Below are positions 12,331 to 23,236 of a DNA stretch of 39,136 nt, piece after piece. Origin of the DNA: Octopus sinensis (lineage: Eukaryota). A program made the position numbers and the translations under genes. Positions within the stretch are counted from its first letter, which is position 1, and the number at the start of each line of letters is the position of its first letter. Below the pieces are notes generated by a model, which was not told the DNA's origin, made no database searches, and worked only from the letters and a program-made list of their open reading frames with translations. The stretch covers positions 1 to 39,136 of the forward strand of contig NW_021835681.1 in the NCBI RefSeq assembly GCF_006345805.1, read 5' to 3'.

Positions 12331-12505
12331 ATATAAATATATATTCATGTATATGCATATGTAAATGTATAAACACGTGTGCATGCATGTATATCTATAT
12401 CTATTTATTCAACTCACTCTCTCTCTTTTTTTCTCTCTCTTTCTATAAGTGTATGTGAAAGAGCAGTTTTTCTATGTGGTTTTGTAAATTATTTTTTTCT
12501 CTGTT

Positions 12506-12668
12506 GGCGAGAAAAGAACAAATTCCACAGTGGAGGTTGGAGGAAAGGAGAGGGGTCGAAGAAGAGATACTTACCAGTAAGTTAGTAGATTGCTGGCACG
12601 TTTGGAGGAGCGGTGGAATGGATTTGGGAAGAGGTGGTGTTGAAGGAACTGAAATTGTTGTAGGAAGG
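12506..12668 (-). mobile_element. Penelope-like element fragment (linker upstream of GIY-YIG), inverted
   Basis: Minus strand with one frameshift reads FLQQFQFLQHHLFPNPFHRSSKRASNL / LLVSISSSTPLLSSNLHCGICSF. This resembles the PLE linker RNF..LQ...IFP.P...F(R/K)R..NL..LLV.S followed by CxxC. Confidence 0.55.
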
Positions 12669-12670
12669 AT

Positions 12671-12892
12671 CTCTATAAATTAGACAAACTGAGCCGGAGA
12701 TTAGCCAGCCGATTAACGGAATATCTCGAAGACATTCGACTCAACAACAGATCACGTCTTATTTTCCATTTAATGGATTCCGCTACTCGACACCGCTCTG
12801 TTTTCGGTCTTGCTATGCACTTCGTGTCCCCGCCCACTCGATTTCGCCGAGAACAAGAACTTATTTTCCTCACGCAGATTAAATTCTCGGCC
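12671..12892 (+). mobile_element. Penelope-like GIY-YIG endonuclease remnant (C-terminal half)
   Basis: LY..(frameshift)QT.RRLASRLTEYLEDIRLNN...SVFGL...RFRREQELIFL fits the YIGQT.RRL..R..EH...IR ... R...EQ.LIF pattern. Confidence 0.7.
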
Positions 12893-13014
12893 GTATTTTG
12901 TTGTATGTGTCTGTGTATTTGTAACATACATATCACTCGTATCTACTGGTACACACCGCCTCAGTCCACCATAGCAATCCTATAGTCATACGGCAATATC
13001 TTTCTTCTATCGGC

Positions 13015-13414
13015 ATAAGATTTGAAATTTTGGATGAAGAAGTTAATCAAATACATCGACTTCAGGGCTGAAATGGTACTTATTTTATCGACTCCGAAAT
13101 AATGAAAATAATGAAAAGCAAAGTCGATCTCGGCAGAATTCGGACTAAGAAAGTAAAACCGGTCAGAATATCACTAATCATTTTTCCGGATTGCTATCGA
13201 TCCTGCAAGCTCACGCCATTGGAAACCTATAAAAACCTTTCTATTATAGACACAAAACCTGAAATGTGGACCATGAGAAAGTCGATTATATCGATCTCCT
13301 TAATCAAACGGTATTTATTTTATTGATTCCGAAGGGATAAAAGGCAATGTAAAGAAATGTAAAGACGGACGAAATACCGTTAAGCATTTTGTCCGGTATG
13401 CTAACAACCCTGCT
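13015..13414 (-). mobile_element. Two diverged family A SINE fragments
   Basis: Reverse-strand AAAGTCGATCTCGGCAGAATT, GGTACTTATTTTATCGAC and GACGGACGAAATACCGTTAAGCATTTTGTCCGG blocks. Confidence 0.65.
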
Positions 13415-13546
13415 TGATTAGAAACATCTTATGTCAACCCATAAATCAAACAGTTACACACCGAATACGTCTACGGAAACACACTACGCGCGCATGCGCC
13501 ATATTGCTTACGCATACGCCATATTGTTTAATGTGTACATAAGCAA

Positions 13547-13562
13547 TTGTAGCAGCAGCAGC

Positions 13563-13605
<43 letters not shown>

Positions 13606-13657
13606 ATGGTGGTGGTGGTAGTACTTAGTAATAGTAGTAGTAGTAGTGGTGGTAAAG

Positions 13658-13695
<38 letters not shown>

Positions 13696-13809
13696 AATGG
13701 TGGTGGTAAAGGTAGAGTAGTAGTAGTGGTGGTGGTGGTGGTAGTAGTAGTAGTGGTGGTGGCTGCAGCGGTGGTGGTGGTGGTGGTGGTGGCAGCGGTG
13801 GTGGTGGCG

Positions 13810-13855
<46 letters not shown>

Positions 13856-13998
13856 TAGTAGTATAGTGGTGGTGGTGGTGGTGGTGATGGTTGCGGCGGC
13901 AGTGGTGGTGGCGGGAGTGATTGCGGAGATGGGGACGGTGGCAAAAATGATCGCAGTGAAGGCGATGGTGGCGGCGGCGGTGGCGGTGGCGGTGGTGA
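13547..13998. repeat. Trinucleotide mosaic (AGC, TAG, TGG, GCG)
   Basis: Direct inspection. Confidence 0.95.
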
Positions 13999-14419
13999 TC
14001 ATATCTCGTGGAGAAGAGGGAAGCACATGTAACATTCGTGGAACATCCGAGGAAATACGTTTGGTAAAAGTGCCAAGAAAATGGAATCAGGTGTTAAGCT
14101 CCTAATTTCCTTAGTTCCTTTCCTTCTTTTATTTAATTCGTTACTATATTCCCAGGAATATATATTGATTTTTTTTTTTTTTACATTGGCACGTGACCAT
14201 AAATTTCTGTAAGATAGGACATCCCCCATCTATTATATCGATATCAGCATTACATCTCTGCTAATCGTCATAGCAACAGCAGATGCGCGATACGAAAGTC
14301 AAAGCCAAGAAAGATTTCAATGCAGAAATGTAGAAAGAACGAAAATAAAATAATTTAAAACGGACGATATGTCGCCAAGCATTTTTACCGGCGTGCCAAC
14401 GTGCCAAACTATTCTTTTT

Positions 14420-14590
14420 TACTCTAGGCACAAGGCCCGAAATTTTGGAGGAGGGTGCCAGTCGATTAGATCGACCCCAGTACGCACAACTCGTACTTAA
14501 GGATGAAAGGCAAAGTCGACCTCGGCGGAATTTGAACTCAGAACGTAAAGACAAACGAAATACAGCTAAACATTTCATCCGGCGTTCTAA
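14420..14590 (-). mobile_element. SINE family A, short-tail variant, head truncated
   Basis: GGATGAAAGGCAAAGTCGACCTCGGCGGAATTTGAACTCAGAACG on the plus strand. Confidence 0.8.
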
Positions 14591-14595
14591 TATTT

Positions 14596-14828
14596 CTTAT
14601 TTCTTTATTGCCCACAAGGGGCTAAACACAGAGGGGACAAACAAGGACAGACAAAGGGATTAAGTCGATTACATCGACCCCAGAGCGTAACTGGTACTTT
14701 ATTTAATCGACACCGAAAGGATGAAAGGCAAAGTCGACCTCGGCGGAATTTGAACTCAGAACGTAGCGGCAGACAAAATACCGCTAAGCATTTCTCCCGG
14801 CGTGCTAACGTTTCTGCCAGCTCGCCGT
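14596..14828 (-). mobile_element. Full-length SINE family A, long tail
   Basis: Minus-strand head GGCGAGCTGGCAGAAACGTTAGC. Tail CAATAAAGAAATAAGAAATA. Confidence 0.9.
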
Positions 14829-14888
14829 ATTTCCTCATACGAAATACAGACAAAAAAATTATAATAATAATAATAAACGAAAGACACA

Positions 14889-14959
14889 GGACTCGTCCCG
14901 GATTCGAACTCGGGAATTCCTACATACCAACTGAGAATCGTACCCTAGACGAACGAACT
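14889..14959 (-). pseudogene. Highly degenerate tRNA-Pro-derived pseudogene
   Basis: Collinear with the intact genes (GGACTCGTCCCGGATTCGAACTCGGG...GAGAATCGTACCCTAGACGAACG). Anticodon arm destroyed. Confidence 0.75.
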
Positions 14960-15133
14960 AACTGAAAAACATAAATCGATGATGTTAATTTCTCTGGGGT
15001 CAAGTATCGCTGTTTCACACTGAGCGATCCCAGTGTCATACTATATGGCATGTTGGTCAAGTGTCGTGTAGTATAGCCACGAACTGACCAATGGCTTGTG
15101 ATAGAAACTAGTAGATGAAAACCCTAAGCCACT

Positions 15134-15201
<68 letters not shown>

Positions 15202-15329
15202 CACACACACACACATGCATGTTTCTGACTAGGACATTCTTATTTGTTAATTTAACGTCGGGTATAAGAGTATTTTTCTTTTTAATCTGCAAACTGCGTC
15301 ATCAGGAGATGTATCATGAAAACACTTAA

Positions 15330-15373
15330 CTCTCGCACCCAAAGCGAGAATCATAATCCTAGACGAACGAGTC
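15330..15373 (-). pseudogene. Truncated tRNA-Pro(TGG), 5' half only
   Basis: CTCTCGCACCCAAAGCGAGAATCATAATCCTAGACGAACGAGTC on the plus strand. T arm and 3' acceptor strand absent. Confidence 0.8.
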
Positions 15374-15499
15374 AACTGTAGCAACCAGCTCAAGAATTAA
15401 CTGAAAAACATCAATCACTGAAGTTAATTATTGTGGCTCTGTAATAAGAAGTCGCGTGTATGCATGCATGTATGTATGCATGTATGTATGTATGTATGT

Positions 15500-15850
15500 A
15501 AGGAATGTGTCAAGTCCTCATTAAAGGACTGTGATATGCAGGGCGCTGACTGGGAGAACAATGCCTGTCATCGCCACAGATGGAGGAAGCAGGTTAAGGA
15601 GGGGATCGACACTTTTGAGAGAGCACGTATCCAGCATGAAGAACTTAAGCGAGCTGCGCGAAAGCGCACATCTCGTATAGTGAATGAGGAAAGCTTGGTC
15701 AGCAATGTGTGCAGTCGTGTATGCTTGTCAAGAGCAGGTCTCATTAGCCACCAACGGAGCCGCAAATGCAAAATATAAGTTAGTCCTAGAGCGCACAATG
15801 TTCCTGAAGGTCGGCAATGGTCTTCCTCGGTCACGAGTGGACGGCCATCA
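15500..15850 (+). mobile_element. RTE/BovB-like LINE 3' end embedded in (ATGT)n
   Basis: K..LK.C....WE..A..R..WR..V..G...FE..R......KR..RK ... CSRVCLSRAGLISHQR is the typical RTE C-terminus with zinc-finger remnant. Short 3' UTR, then (TGTA)n. Confidence 0.85.
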
Positions 15851-15910
15851 TGTATGTATGTATGTATGTATGTATGTATGAATTTAGCAGCAACGTTCGT
15901 CTCTACAGAT

Positions 15911-16279
15911 TTACTCTTTTACTCTTTTACTTGTTTCAGTCATTTGACTGCAACCATGCTGGAGCACCGCCTTTAGTCGAGCAAATCGACCCCGGGACTT
16001 ATTCTTTGTAAGCCCAGTACTTATTCTATCGGTCTCTTTTGCACCAGCATCGGTTGTCAGGCAATGCTAGGGGGACAAACACAGACACACAAACATATAC
16101 ACATATATATACATATATACGACAGGCTTCTTTCAGTTTCCGTCTACCAAATCCACTCACAAGGCATTGGTCGGCCCGGGGCTATAGCAGAAGACACTCG
16201 CCCAAGATGCCACGCAGTGGGATTGAACCCGGAACCATGTGGTTGGTTAGCAAGCTACTTACCACACAGCCACTCCTGC
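15911..16279 (-). mobile_element. SINE family B with an internal deletion of about 30 bp
   Basis: Minus-strand head GCAGGAGTGGCTGTGTGGTAAG and (AAGAGTA)-type tail. Lacks the CGAACCGCTAAG...AAACAC block present in the 33461 copy. Confidence 0.9.
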
Positions 16280-16817
16280 TGTAAATGTAAATTTATTTAC
16301 ATTGTTCTCCAAATCATCAGATATAAAGTCTAGGGTCATATTTTAAAAAGATAAATGGAAAATGCAAAAACATTCTTCTCAAGGAAATATGTTAAAAGAA
16401 AAAAGACCATTAGCGGTGCTCCAGCATGGCCACACACATTTGGCTGGAGCACACAAAGGAATAAAATGTTCGCCTGAGAAGGGAAACCGAGACCTTTTCC
16501 AACCTTGGAAAGGGACCTCTCGCCACCGGGGAAAGACTTTTCACACGAAGTGGGAGGTGAGGTGAACCAGTTGAAGTTGGGTTGAAACCACGTGCAGCTG
16601 GGGGTTAAATGTAATTTTAGTTGCTAGAATCTTTAGTAAAGTCTAACGTTATATATTGTGGCCTTTTTATAAATTTTATTTCCTCTTCTGGTAACTTTGT
16701 ATAATATCGGATATAATGCTGCTGGAAGAAAATTTAAAAACCACATCAGCATGTGTTTTTAATATGAATCCATGCTCCTCATACAAAATACATTATATAA
16801 AAAAAAAGGAGGGAATA

Positions 16818-16889
16818 GGGCACGTCCGGGATTCGAACCCGGGACCTCTCGCACCCAAAGCGAAAATCATTCCTCTAGACCAACGTGCC
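16818..16889 (-). tRNA. tRNA-Pro-TGG: tRNA-Pro(TGG), variant with compensatory A4:T69 pair
   Basis: GGCACGTTGGTCTAGAGGAATGATTTTCGCTTTGGGTGCGAGAGGTCCCGGGTTCGAATCCCGGACGTGCCC. Fully paired acceptor stem, T27:G43 wobble, T-run terminator 10 nt downstream. Confidence 0.8.
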
Positions 16890-16913
16890 GAGTTCTCTTA
16901 CGGGCTTAATGAG

Positions 16914-16924
16914 TCAACTGAAAA
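16914..16924 (-). promoter_or_regulatory. Conserved -35..-25 upstream motif TTTTCARKYGA (one example; present before all 9 full-length tRNA genes)
   Basis: Plus-strand TC(A/G)(A/C)(C/T)TGAAAA begins 23-25 nt beyond the tRNA 5' end at 16914, 17255, 18150, 19033, 19947, 20928, 21834, 22825, 23742. Function is inferred. Confidence 0.5.
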
Positions 16925-17158
16925 TTATAATTCGCTGGGGTTAAATGTGATTTTAGTTGAGAGAATCTATAGTAAAACCTATCATCGTATTCTTGTGGAA
17001 TCTTTATAAAATTTAATTTTCTCTTCTAGTTCAAGGTCTGAAATTAGACGTAATGTTGTAGGGAAAAAAATCTGAAAACTAAAACAGGATGGCTAATATG
17101 AATCAATGATCCTCATACAAAATATTTTATTAGTAGAGATATAAAAGAAAGCGAACGA

Positions 17159-17230
17159 GGGCTCGTCCGGGAGTCGAACCCGGGACCTCTCGCACCCGAA
17201 GCGAGAATCATACCTCTAGACCAACGAGCC
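17159..17230 (-). tRNA. tRNA-Pro-CGG: tRNA-Pro(CGG)
   Basis: 72-nt cloverleaf, anticodon loop TTCGGGT, T-loop TTCGACT. Confidence 0.93.
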
Positions 17231-17271
17231 GATTTAGTTACAGAGTCTAATAAATCAACTGAAAAACATGT

Positions 17272-17420
17272 GTGATACAGCAGTTCGCTACGCAATCCCG
17301 TGACTTTGGCTTTAGATCTGGTCTTGCTACACGTCATTTTGATAACGTGTCTTGTAGTGTAGACAAGGACTGACCAATGGTTGTCATAGAAAATGCTAGA
17401 CTAAAAATTCTAAGTAAATT
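17272..17420 (+). mobile_element. Fossil family B SINE fixed in the array spacer (homologues near 15020, 19045, 20940, 22838, 23790)
   Basis: The 19045 copy reads GTGTGATACAGAAGTTCGC...TTGGTCAAGTGTCTTGTAGTGTAGCCACGGACTGACCAATGG. This aligns with family B GTGTGGTAAG...TTGGGCAAGTGTCTTCTACTATAGCC..GG.CGACCAAAG. Confidence 0.7.
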
Positions 17421-17581
17421 CTCTAAACACACACACACACCTTTAACTGCAGTGTATGTTAAATTCAAGTCAGGCAAAAAGTTTTTTCTTTAAAATATGT
17501 GCAAACTTCTGTGGCATGTATTCTTCTTAATCTATATTTCTCACGAAGATATATCATTAAAACACTTTTAAAAATGAAAAA

Positions 17582-17653
17582 CGGATCGCACAGTTTTCGA
17601 TCCCCGGATCACTCGCATCCAAAGAGAGAATAACGCCCCTCGACCAACTAGCT
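17582..17653 (-). pseudogene. tRNA-Pro(TGG)-derived pseudogene
   Basis: 72 nt, collinear with intact genes. Broken acceptor stem and B-box. Confidence 0.85.
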
Positions 17654-18037
17654 AATTGTAACGTGATTATTTGTGGAATATGAATTGAGGATTTTCATTC
17701 TCTCCCCCAAGACGCTAAATTCAGCTATACTTTGCTCCAGACGGGCCGTTATGTATCTTGTTGCTCAAGTCATAATAAGTATGAAGCTAGAAGTGTATCT
17801 TGGGTACTGGTTTTGCAATTTCCTTATCAATGGTCCATAGATGTCCTCTTTCTCTTGTATATTTCTAACCACAATCGGACCCATGAGGTAGCTTATTTCC
17901 CCAACTGAGCATATCTATTCTTCGTGGTCCCACACAACGATATCTGACCGGTTGTGTTTAAAGTGGTGGCGGTTTTAAATTTCAAGTTTCAGCACGTTGT
18001 CTAATATGAATCCATGTTCCTCATACTACGTATATCT

Positions 18038-18048
18038 AAAAAAAAAAA
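18038..18048 (-). terminator. Pol III oligo(dT) terminator of the 18055 tRNA gene (equivalent runs precede 16818, 19853, 21739, 23646)
   Basis: Plus-strand A-run, read as a T-run a few nt 3' of the gene on the minus strand. Confidence 0.8.
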
Positions 18049-18054
18049 GTTAAT

Positions 18055-18126
18055 GGGCTCGCCCGGGATTCGAACCCGGGACCTCTCGCACCCAAAGCGA
18101 GAATCATACCCCTAGACCAACGAGCC
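18055..18126 (-). tRNA. tRNA-Pro-TGG: tRNA-Pro(TGG)
   Basis: GGCTCGTTGGTCTAGGGGTATGATTCTCGCTTTGGGTGCGAGAGGTCCCGGGTTCGAATCCCGGGCGAGCCC. T7:G66 wobble. Confidence 0.92.
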
Positions 18127-18936
18127 AACTGCGTTCGACGGTAAAGAAATCACTTGAAAATATGTATCAGTGAATTTAATTATTGTTGATGTGAAATCAA
18201 GTATTTGCATGTTTGTATGTATGTATATATTTATGTACGTGTGTGTGTATGTATGTGTGTATGCATGTATGTATGTATGTATGTATGTATGTATGTATGT
18301 ATGTATGTATGTATGTATGTATGTATGTATGTATGTATGTATGTATGTATGTATGTATGCATGTGTGTATGTATGTATGTATGTATGTATGTAGCAGCGA
18401 TATTCGTCTTAATAGATTTAATTATATCTTTCTCCTAATCATAAGACGTCAAGTCTGAGGGAATATTCTAAAAAGATAAACGGAAAAGGCAAAAGCATTC
18501 TTCTCAAGGAAATATGTTAAAATCGAAACATCAGTGACTGTGCTCCAGCATGGCCACACATATCAGGCTGGTGCACACAAGGCAATAAAAAGTTTGTCTA
18601 GGAGGAGAGACCATGATCTTTTTCACCCATTGAAAGGGACCGCTTGCACCCGAGGAAAGGTTTCTCAGACGTGGTGGGATGTAGGGGTGGACCAGTGGAA
18701 GCCGGGGTGGAAGCATTTACACTTGGGGTCTAAATGTAATTTTACTTGCTAGTATCTTTAGTAAAGTTTAACGTTGTATACTTGTGGCTTCCTTACAAAT
18801 TTAATTTCCTATTGTAGTTACTTGGATAATACTTGTGGGCAATTGGGAAAAATAATCTAAGACCACAACACTATGCTGTTTAATATGAATCCATGCTCTT
18901 TGTACAAAATACATTATAAGTAAAAGAAACAAATGA

Positions 18937-19008
18937 GGGCTCGTCCGGGATTCGAACCCGGGACCTCTCGCACCCGAAGCGAGAATCATACCTCTAGACC
19001 AACGAGCC
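18937..19008 (-). tRNA. tRNA-Pro-CGG: tRNA-Pro(CGG)
   Basis: Canonical 72-nt cloverleaf, anticodon CGG. Confidence 0.95.
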
Positions 19009-19376
19009 GATTTAGTTACAGAGTCTAATGAATCGACTGAAAAACGTGTGATACAGAAGTTCGCTACGCAATCCCGTGACTTTGGCTTTAGATCCGGTCT
19101 TGCTACACGTCATATTGGTCAAGTGTCTTGTAGTGTAGCCACGGACTGACCAATGGTTGTCATAGAAAATGCTCGACAAAAACTCTAAGTAAATTCTCTA
19201 AACCCACAGACAGACACACACACACACACCTCTAACTGCGGTGTATTTGTTAATTTAAAGCCAGACAAAAAGTGTTTTCTTTTAAATATGTACAAACTTC
19301 TGCGACATGTATTCTTCTTATTAATCTATATTTCTCTCGAAGATGTATCATTAAAACTTTTTATTAAAATAAAGAA

Positions 19377-19446
19377 CGGATCGTACAGGTTTCGATCCCG
19401 GGATCACTCGCACCCAAAGAGATAATAATGTCCCTCTCCACGAGCT
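19377..19446 (-). pseudogene. tRNA-Pro(TGG)-derived pseudogene
   Basis: Same slot as 17582. 70 nt, multiple stem-breaking changes. Confidence 0.85.
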
Positions 19447-19852
19447 ACCTGAAACGTGATTATTGTGTGAATATAAATTAAGGATTTTCATTCTCTTCCC
19501 CAAGACGCTAAATTCAGCTATACTTTGCTCCAGACGGGCCGTTATGTATCTTGTTGCTCAAGTCATAATAGGTATGAAGCTAGAAGTGTATCTTGGGTAC
19601 TGGTTTTGCAATTTCCTTATCAATGGTCCATAGATGTCCTCTTTCTCTTGTATTCTTCCAAACCGCAACCGGACCCATGAGGTAGCTGATTTCCACAACA
19701 GAGCATATCTATTCTTTGTGGTCCCACACAACGATATCTGACCGGTTGTATTTAAAGTGGTGGCGGTTTTAAATTTCAAGTTTCAGCACGTTGTCTAATA
19801 TGAATCCATGTTCCTCATACTACATATATCTATAAAAAAAAAAAAAGTTGAT

Positions 19853-19924
19853 GGGCTCGTCCGGGACTCGAACCCGGGACCACTCGCACCCTAAGCGAGA
19901 ATCATACCTCTAGACCAACGAGCC
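19853..19924 (-). tRNA. tRNA-Pro-AGG: tRNA-Pro(AGG)
   Basis: Anticodon loop TTAGGGT, variable loop TGGTC, T-loop TTCGAGT. All stems intact. Confidence 0.93.
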
Positions 19925-20072
19925 AACTGCGTTCGACGCAAAGAAATCAATTGAAAATGTATCAGTGAATTTAATTATTGTTGATGTGAAATCAAGTATT
20001 TGCATGTTTGTATGTATGTATATATTTATGTACGTGTGTGTGTTTTATGTGTGTATGTATTATGTATGTATG

Positions 20073-20103
<31 letters not shown>

Positions 20104-20831
20104 TGTATGTATGAATGTATGTATGAATGTTGTATTATGTTGTGTATGTATGTATGTATGTATGTATGTATGTATGCATGTATGTATGCATGTATGAATG
20201 TATGTATGATGTATGTATGTATGTATGTATGTATGTATGTATGCATGTATGTATGCATGTGTGTATGTTTGTATGTATGTAGCAGCGATATTCGTCTTAA
20301 TAGATTTAATTATACTTTTCTCCTAATCATAAGACGTAAAGTCTGGAGGAATATTTTAAAAAGATAAACGGAAAAGGCAAAAGCATTCTTCTCAAGGAAA
20401 TATGTTAAAATCGAAACACCAGTGACTGTGCTCCAGCATGGCCACACATATCAGGCTGGTTCACACAAAGCAATAAAAAGTTTGTCTAGGAGGAGAGGCC
20501 GTGATCTTTTGCACTCATTGAAAGGGACCGCTTGCACCCGAGGAAAGGTTTCTCAGACTTGGTGGGATGTAAGGGTGGACAGTGGAAGCCGGGGTGGAAG
20601 CCGGGGTGGAAGCCCTTGCACTTGGGGTTTAAATGTAATTTTACTTGCTAGAATCTTAGTAAAGGGTAACGTTGTGTACTTGTGGCCTCTTTACAATTTA
20701 ATTTCCTATTGTAGTTACTTGGATAATACTTGTGGGCAATTGGGAAAAATAATCTAAGACCACAACACTATGTTGTTTAATATGAATCCATGCTCTTTGT
20801 ACAAAACATTATAAGTAAAAGAAACAAAAGA

Positions 20832-20903
20832 GGGCTCGTCCGGGATTCGAACCCGGACCTCCTCGCACCCGAAGCGAGAATCATACCTCTAGACCAACGA
20901 GCC
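20832..20903 (-). tRNA. tRNA-Pro-CGG: tRNA-Pro(CGG) with altered variable loop (GAGGT), possibly an assembly error
   Basis: One G lost and one C gained on the plus strand relative to 18937 and 22729. Length and stems preserved. Confidence 0.75.
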
Positions 20904-21266
20904 GATTTAGTTACAGAGTCTAATGAATCGACTGAAAAACGTGTGATACAGAAGTTCGCTACGCAATCCCGTGACTTTGGCTTTAGATCTGGTCTTGCTA
21001 CACGTCATATTGGTCAAGTGTCTTGTAGTGTAGCCACGGACTGACCAATGGTTGTCATAGAAAATGCTCGACAAAAACTCTAAGTAAATTCTCTAAACCC
21101 ACAGACAGACACACACACACCTCTAACTGCGGTGTATTTGTCAATTTAAAGGCAGACAAAAAGTGTTTTCTTTTAAATATGTGCAAACTTCTGTGGCATG
21201 TATTCTTCTTATTAATCTATATTTCTCTCGAAGATGTATCATTAAAACTTTTTATTAAAATAAGAA

Positions 21267-21338
21267 CGGATCGTACAGGTTTCGATCCCGGGATCACACG
21301 CACCCAAAGAGATAATAATGTCCCTCGACCAACGAGCT
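21267..21338 (-). pseudogene. tRNA-Pro(TGG)-derived pseudogene
   Basis: AGCTCGTTGGTCGAGGGACATTATTATCTCTTTGGGTGCGTGTGATCCCGGGATCGAAACCTGTACGATCCG. Mismatched 1:72 and 3:70, T54A. Confidence 0.85.
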
Positions 21339-21738
21339 ACCTGAAACGTGATTATTTGTGGATATAAATTAAGGATTTTCATTCTCTTCCCCAAGACGCT
21401 AAATTCAGCTATACTTTGCTCCAGACGGGCCGTTATGTATCTTGTTGCTCAAGTCATAATAGGTATGAAGCTAGAAGTGTATCTTGGGTACTGGTTTTGC
21501 AATTTCCTATCAATGGTCCATAGATCCTCTTTCTCTGTTATTCTTCCAAACCACAACCGGACCCATGAGGTAGCTGATTTCCACAACAGAGCATATCTAT
21601 TCTTTGTGGTCCCACACAACGATATCTGACCGGTTGTATTTAAAGTGGTGGCGGTTTTAAATTTCAAGTTTCAGCACGTTGTCTATATGAATCCATGTTC
21701 CTCATATACTACATATCTATAAAAAAAAAAAAGTTGAT

Positions 21739-21810
21739 GGGCTCGTCCGGGACTCGAACCCGGGACCACTCGCACCCTAAGCGAGAATCATACCTCTAGA
21801 CCAACGAGCC
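21739..21810 (-). tRNA. tRNA-Pro-AGG: tRNA-Pro(AGG)
   Basis: Identical to the 19853 gene. Confidence 0.93.
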
Positions 21811-22728
21811 AACTGCGTTCGACGGCAAAGAAATCAATTGAAAATATGTATCAGTGAATTTAATTATTGTTGATGTGAAATCAAGTATTTGCATGTTTGT
21901 ATGTATGTATATATTTATGTACGTGTGTGTGTATTTATGTGTGTATGTATGTATGTATGTATGTATGTATGTATGTATGTATGTATGTATGTATGTATGT
22001 ATGAATGTATGTATGAATGTATGTATGTATGTATGTATGTATGTATGTATGTATGTATGTATGTATGCATGTATGTATGCATGTATGAATGTATGTATGA
22101 ATGTATGTATGTATGTATGTATGTATGTATGTATGCATGTATGTATGCATGTGTGTATGTTTGTATGTATGTAGCAGCGATATTCGTCTTAATAGATTTA
22201 ATTATACTTTTCTCCTAATCATAAGACGTAAAGTCTGGAGGAATATTTTAAAAAGATAAACGGAAAAGGCAAAAGCATTCTTCTCAAGGAAATATGTTAA
22301 AATCGAAACACCAGTGACTGTGCTCCAGCATGGCCACACATATCAGGCTGGTTCACACAAAGCAATAAAAAGTTTGTCTAGGAGGAGAGGCCGTGATCTT
22401 TTGCACTCATTGAAAGGGACCGCTTGCACCCGAGGAAAGGTTTCTCAGACGTGGTGGGATGTAAGGGTGGACCAGTGGAAGCCGGGGTGGAAGCCGGGGT
22501 GGAAGCCCTTGCACTTGGGGTTTAAATGTAATTTTACTTGCTAGAATCTTTAGTAAAGGGTAACGTTGTGTACTTGTGGCCTCTTTACAAATTTAATTTC
22601 CTATTGTAGTTACTTGGATAATACTTGTGGGCAATTGGGAAAAATAATCTAAGACCACAACACTATGTTGTTTAATATGAATCCATGCTCTTTGTACAAA
22701 ATACATTATAAGTAAAAGAAACAAAAGA

Positions 22729-22800
22729 GGGCTCGTCCGGGATTCGAACCCGGGACCTCTCGCACCCGAAGCGAGAATCATACCTCTAGACCAACGAGCC
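22729..22800 (-). tRNA. tRNA-Pro-CGG: tRNA-Pro(CGG)
   Basis: Identical to the 18937 gene. Confidence 0.95.
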
Positions 22801-23164
22801 GATTTAGTTACAGAGTCTAATGAATCGACTGAAAAACGTGTGATACAGAAGTTCGCTACGCAATCCCGTGACTTTGGCTTTAGATCTGGTCTTGCTACAC
22901 GTCATATTGGTCAAGTGTCTTGTAGTGTAGCCACGGACTGACCAATGGTTGTCATAGAAAATGCTCGACAAAAACTCTAAGTAAATTCTCTAAACCCACA
23001 GACAGACACACACACACCTCTAACTGCGGTGTATTTGTCAATTTAAAGGCAGACAAAAAGTGTTTTCTTTTAAATATGTGCAAACTTCTGTGGCATGTAT
23101 TCTTCTTATTAATCTATATTTCTCTCGAAGATGTATCATTAAAACTTTTTATTAAAATAAAGAA

Positions 23165-23236
23165 CGGATCGTACAGGTTTCGATCCCGGGATCACACGCA
23201 CCCAAAGAGATAATAATGTCCCTCGACCAACGAGCT
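23165..23236 (-). pseudogene. tRNA-Pro(TGG)-derived pseudogene
   Basis: Identical to the 21267 pseudogene. Confidence 0.85.

Noticed and set aside
22453-22502. G-quadruplex in the array spacer (GGG..GGG..GGGG..GGGG)
   Set aside because: One loop is 16 nt and the fourth tract exists only in units with the extra 12-bp duplication; not conserved across units.
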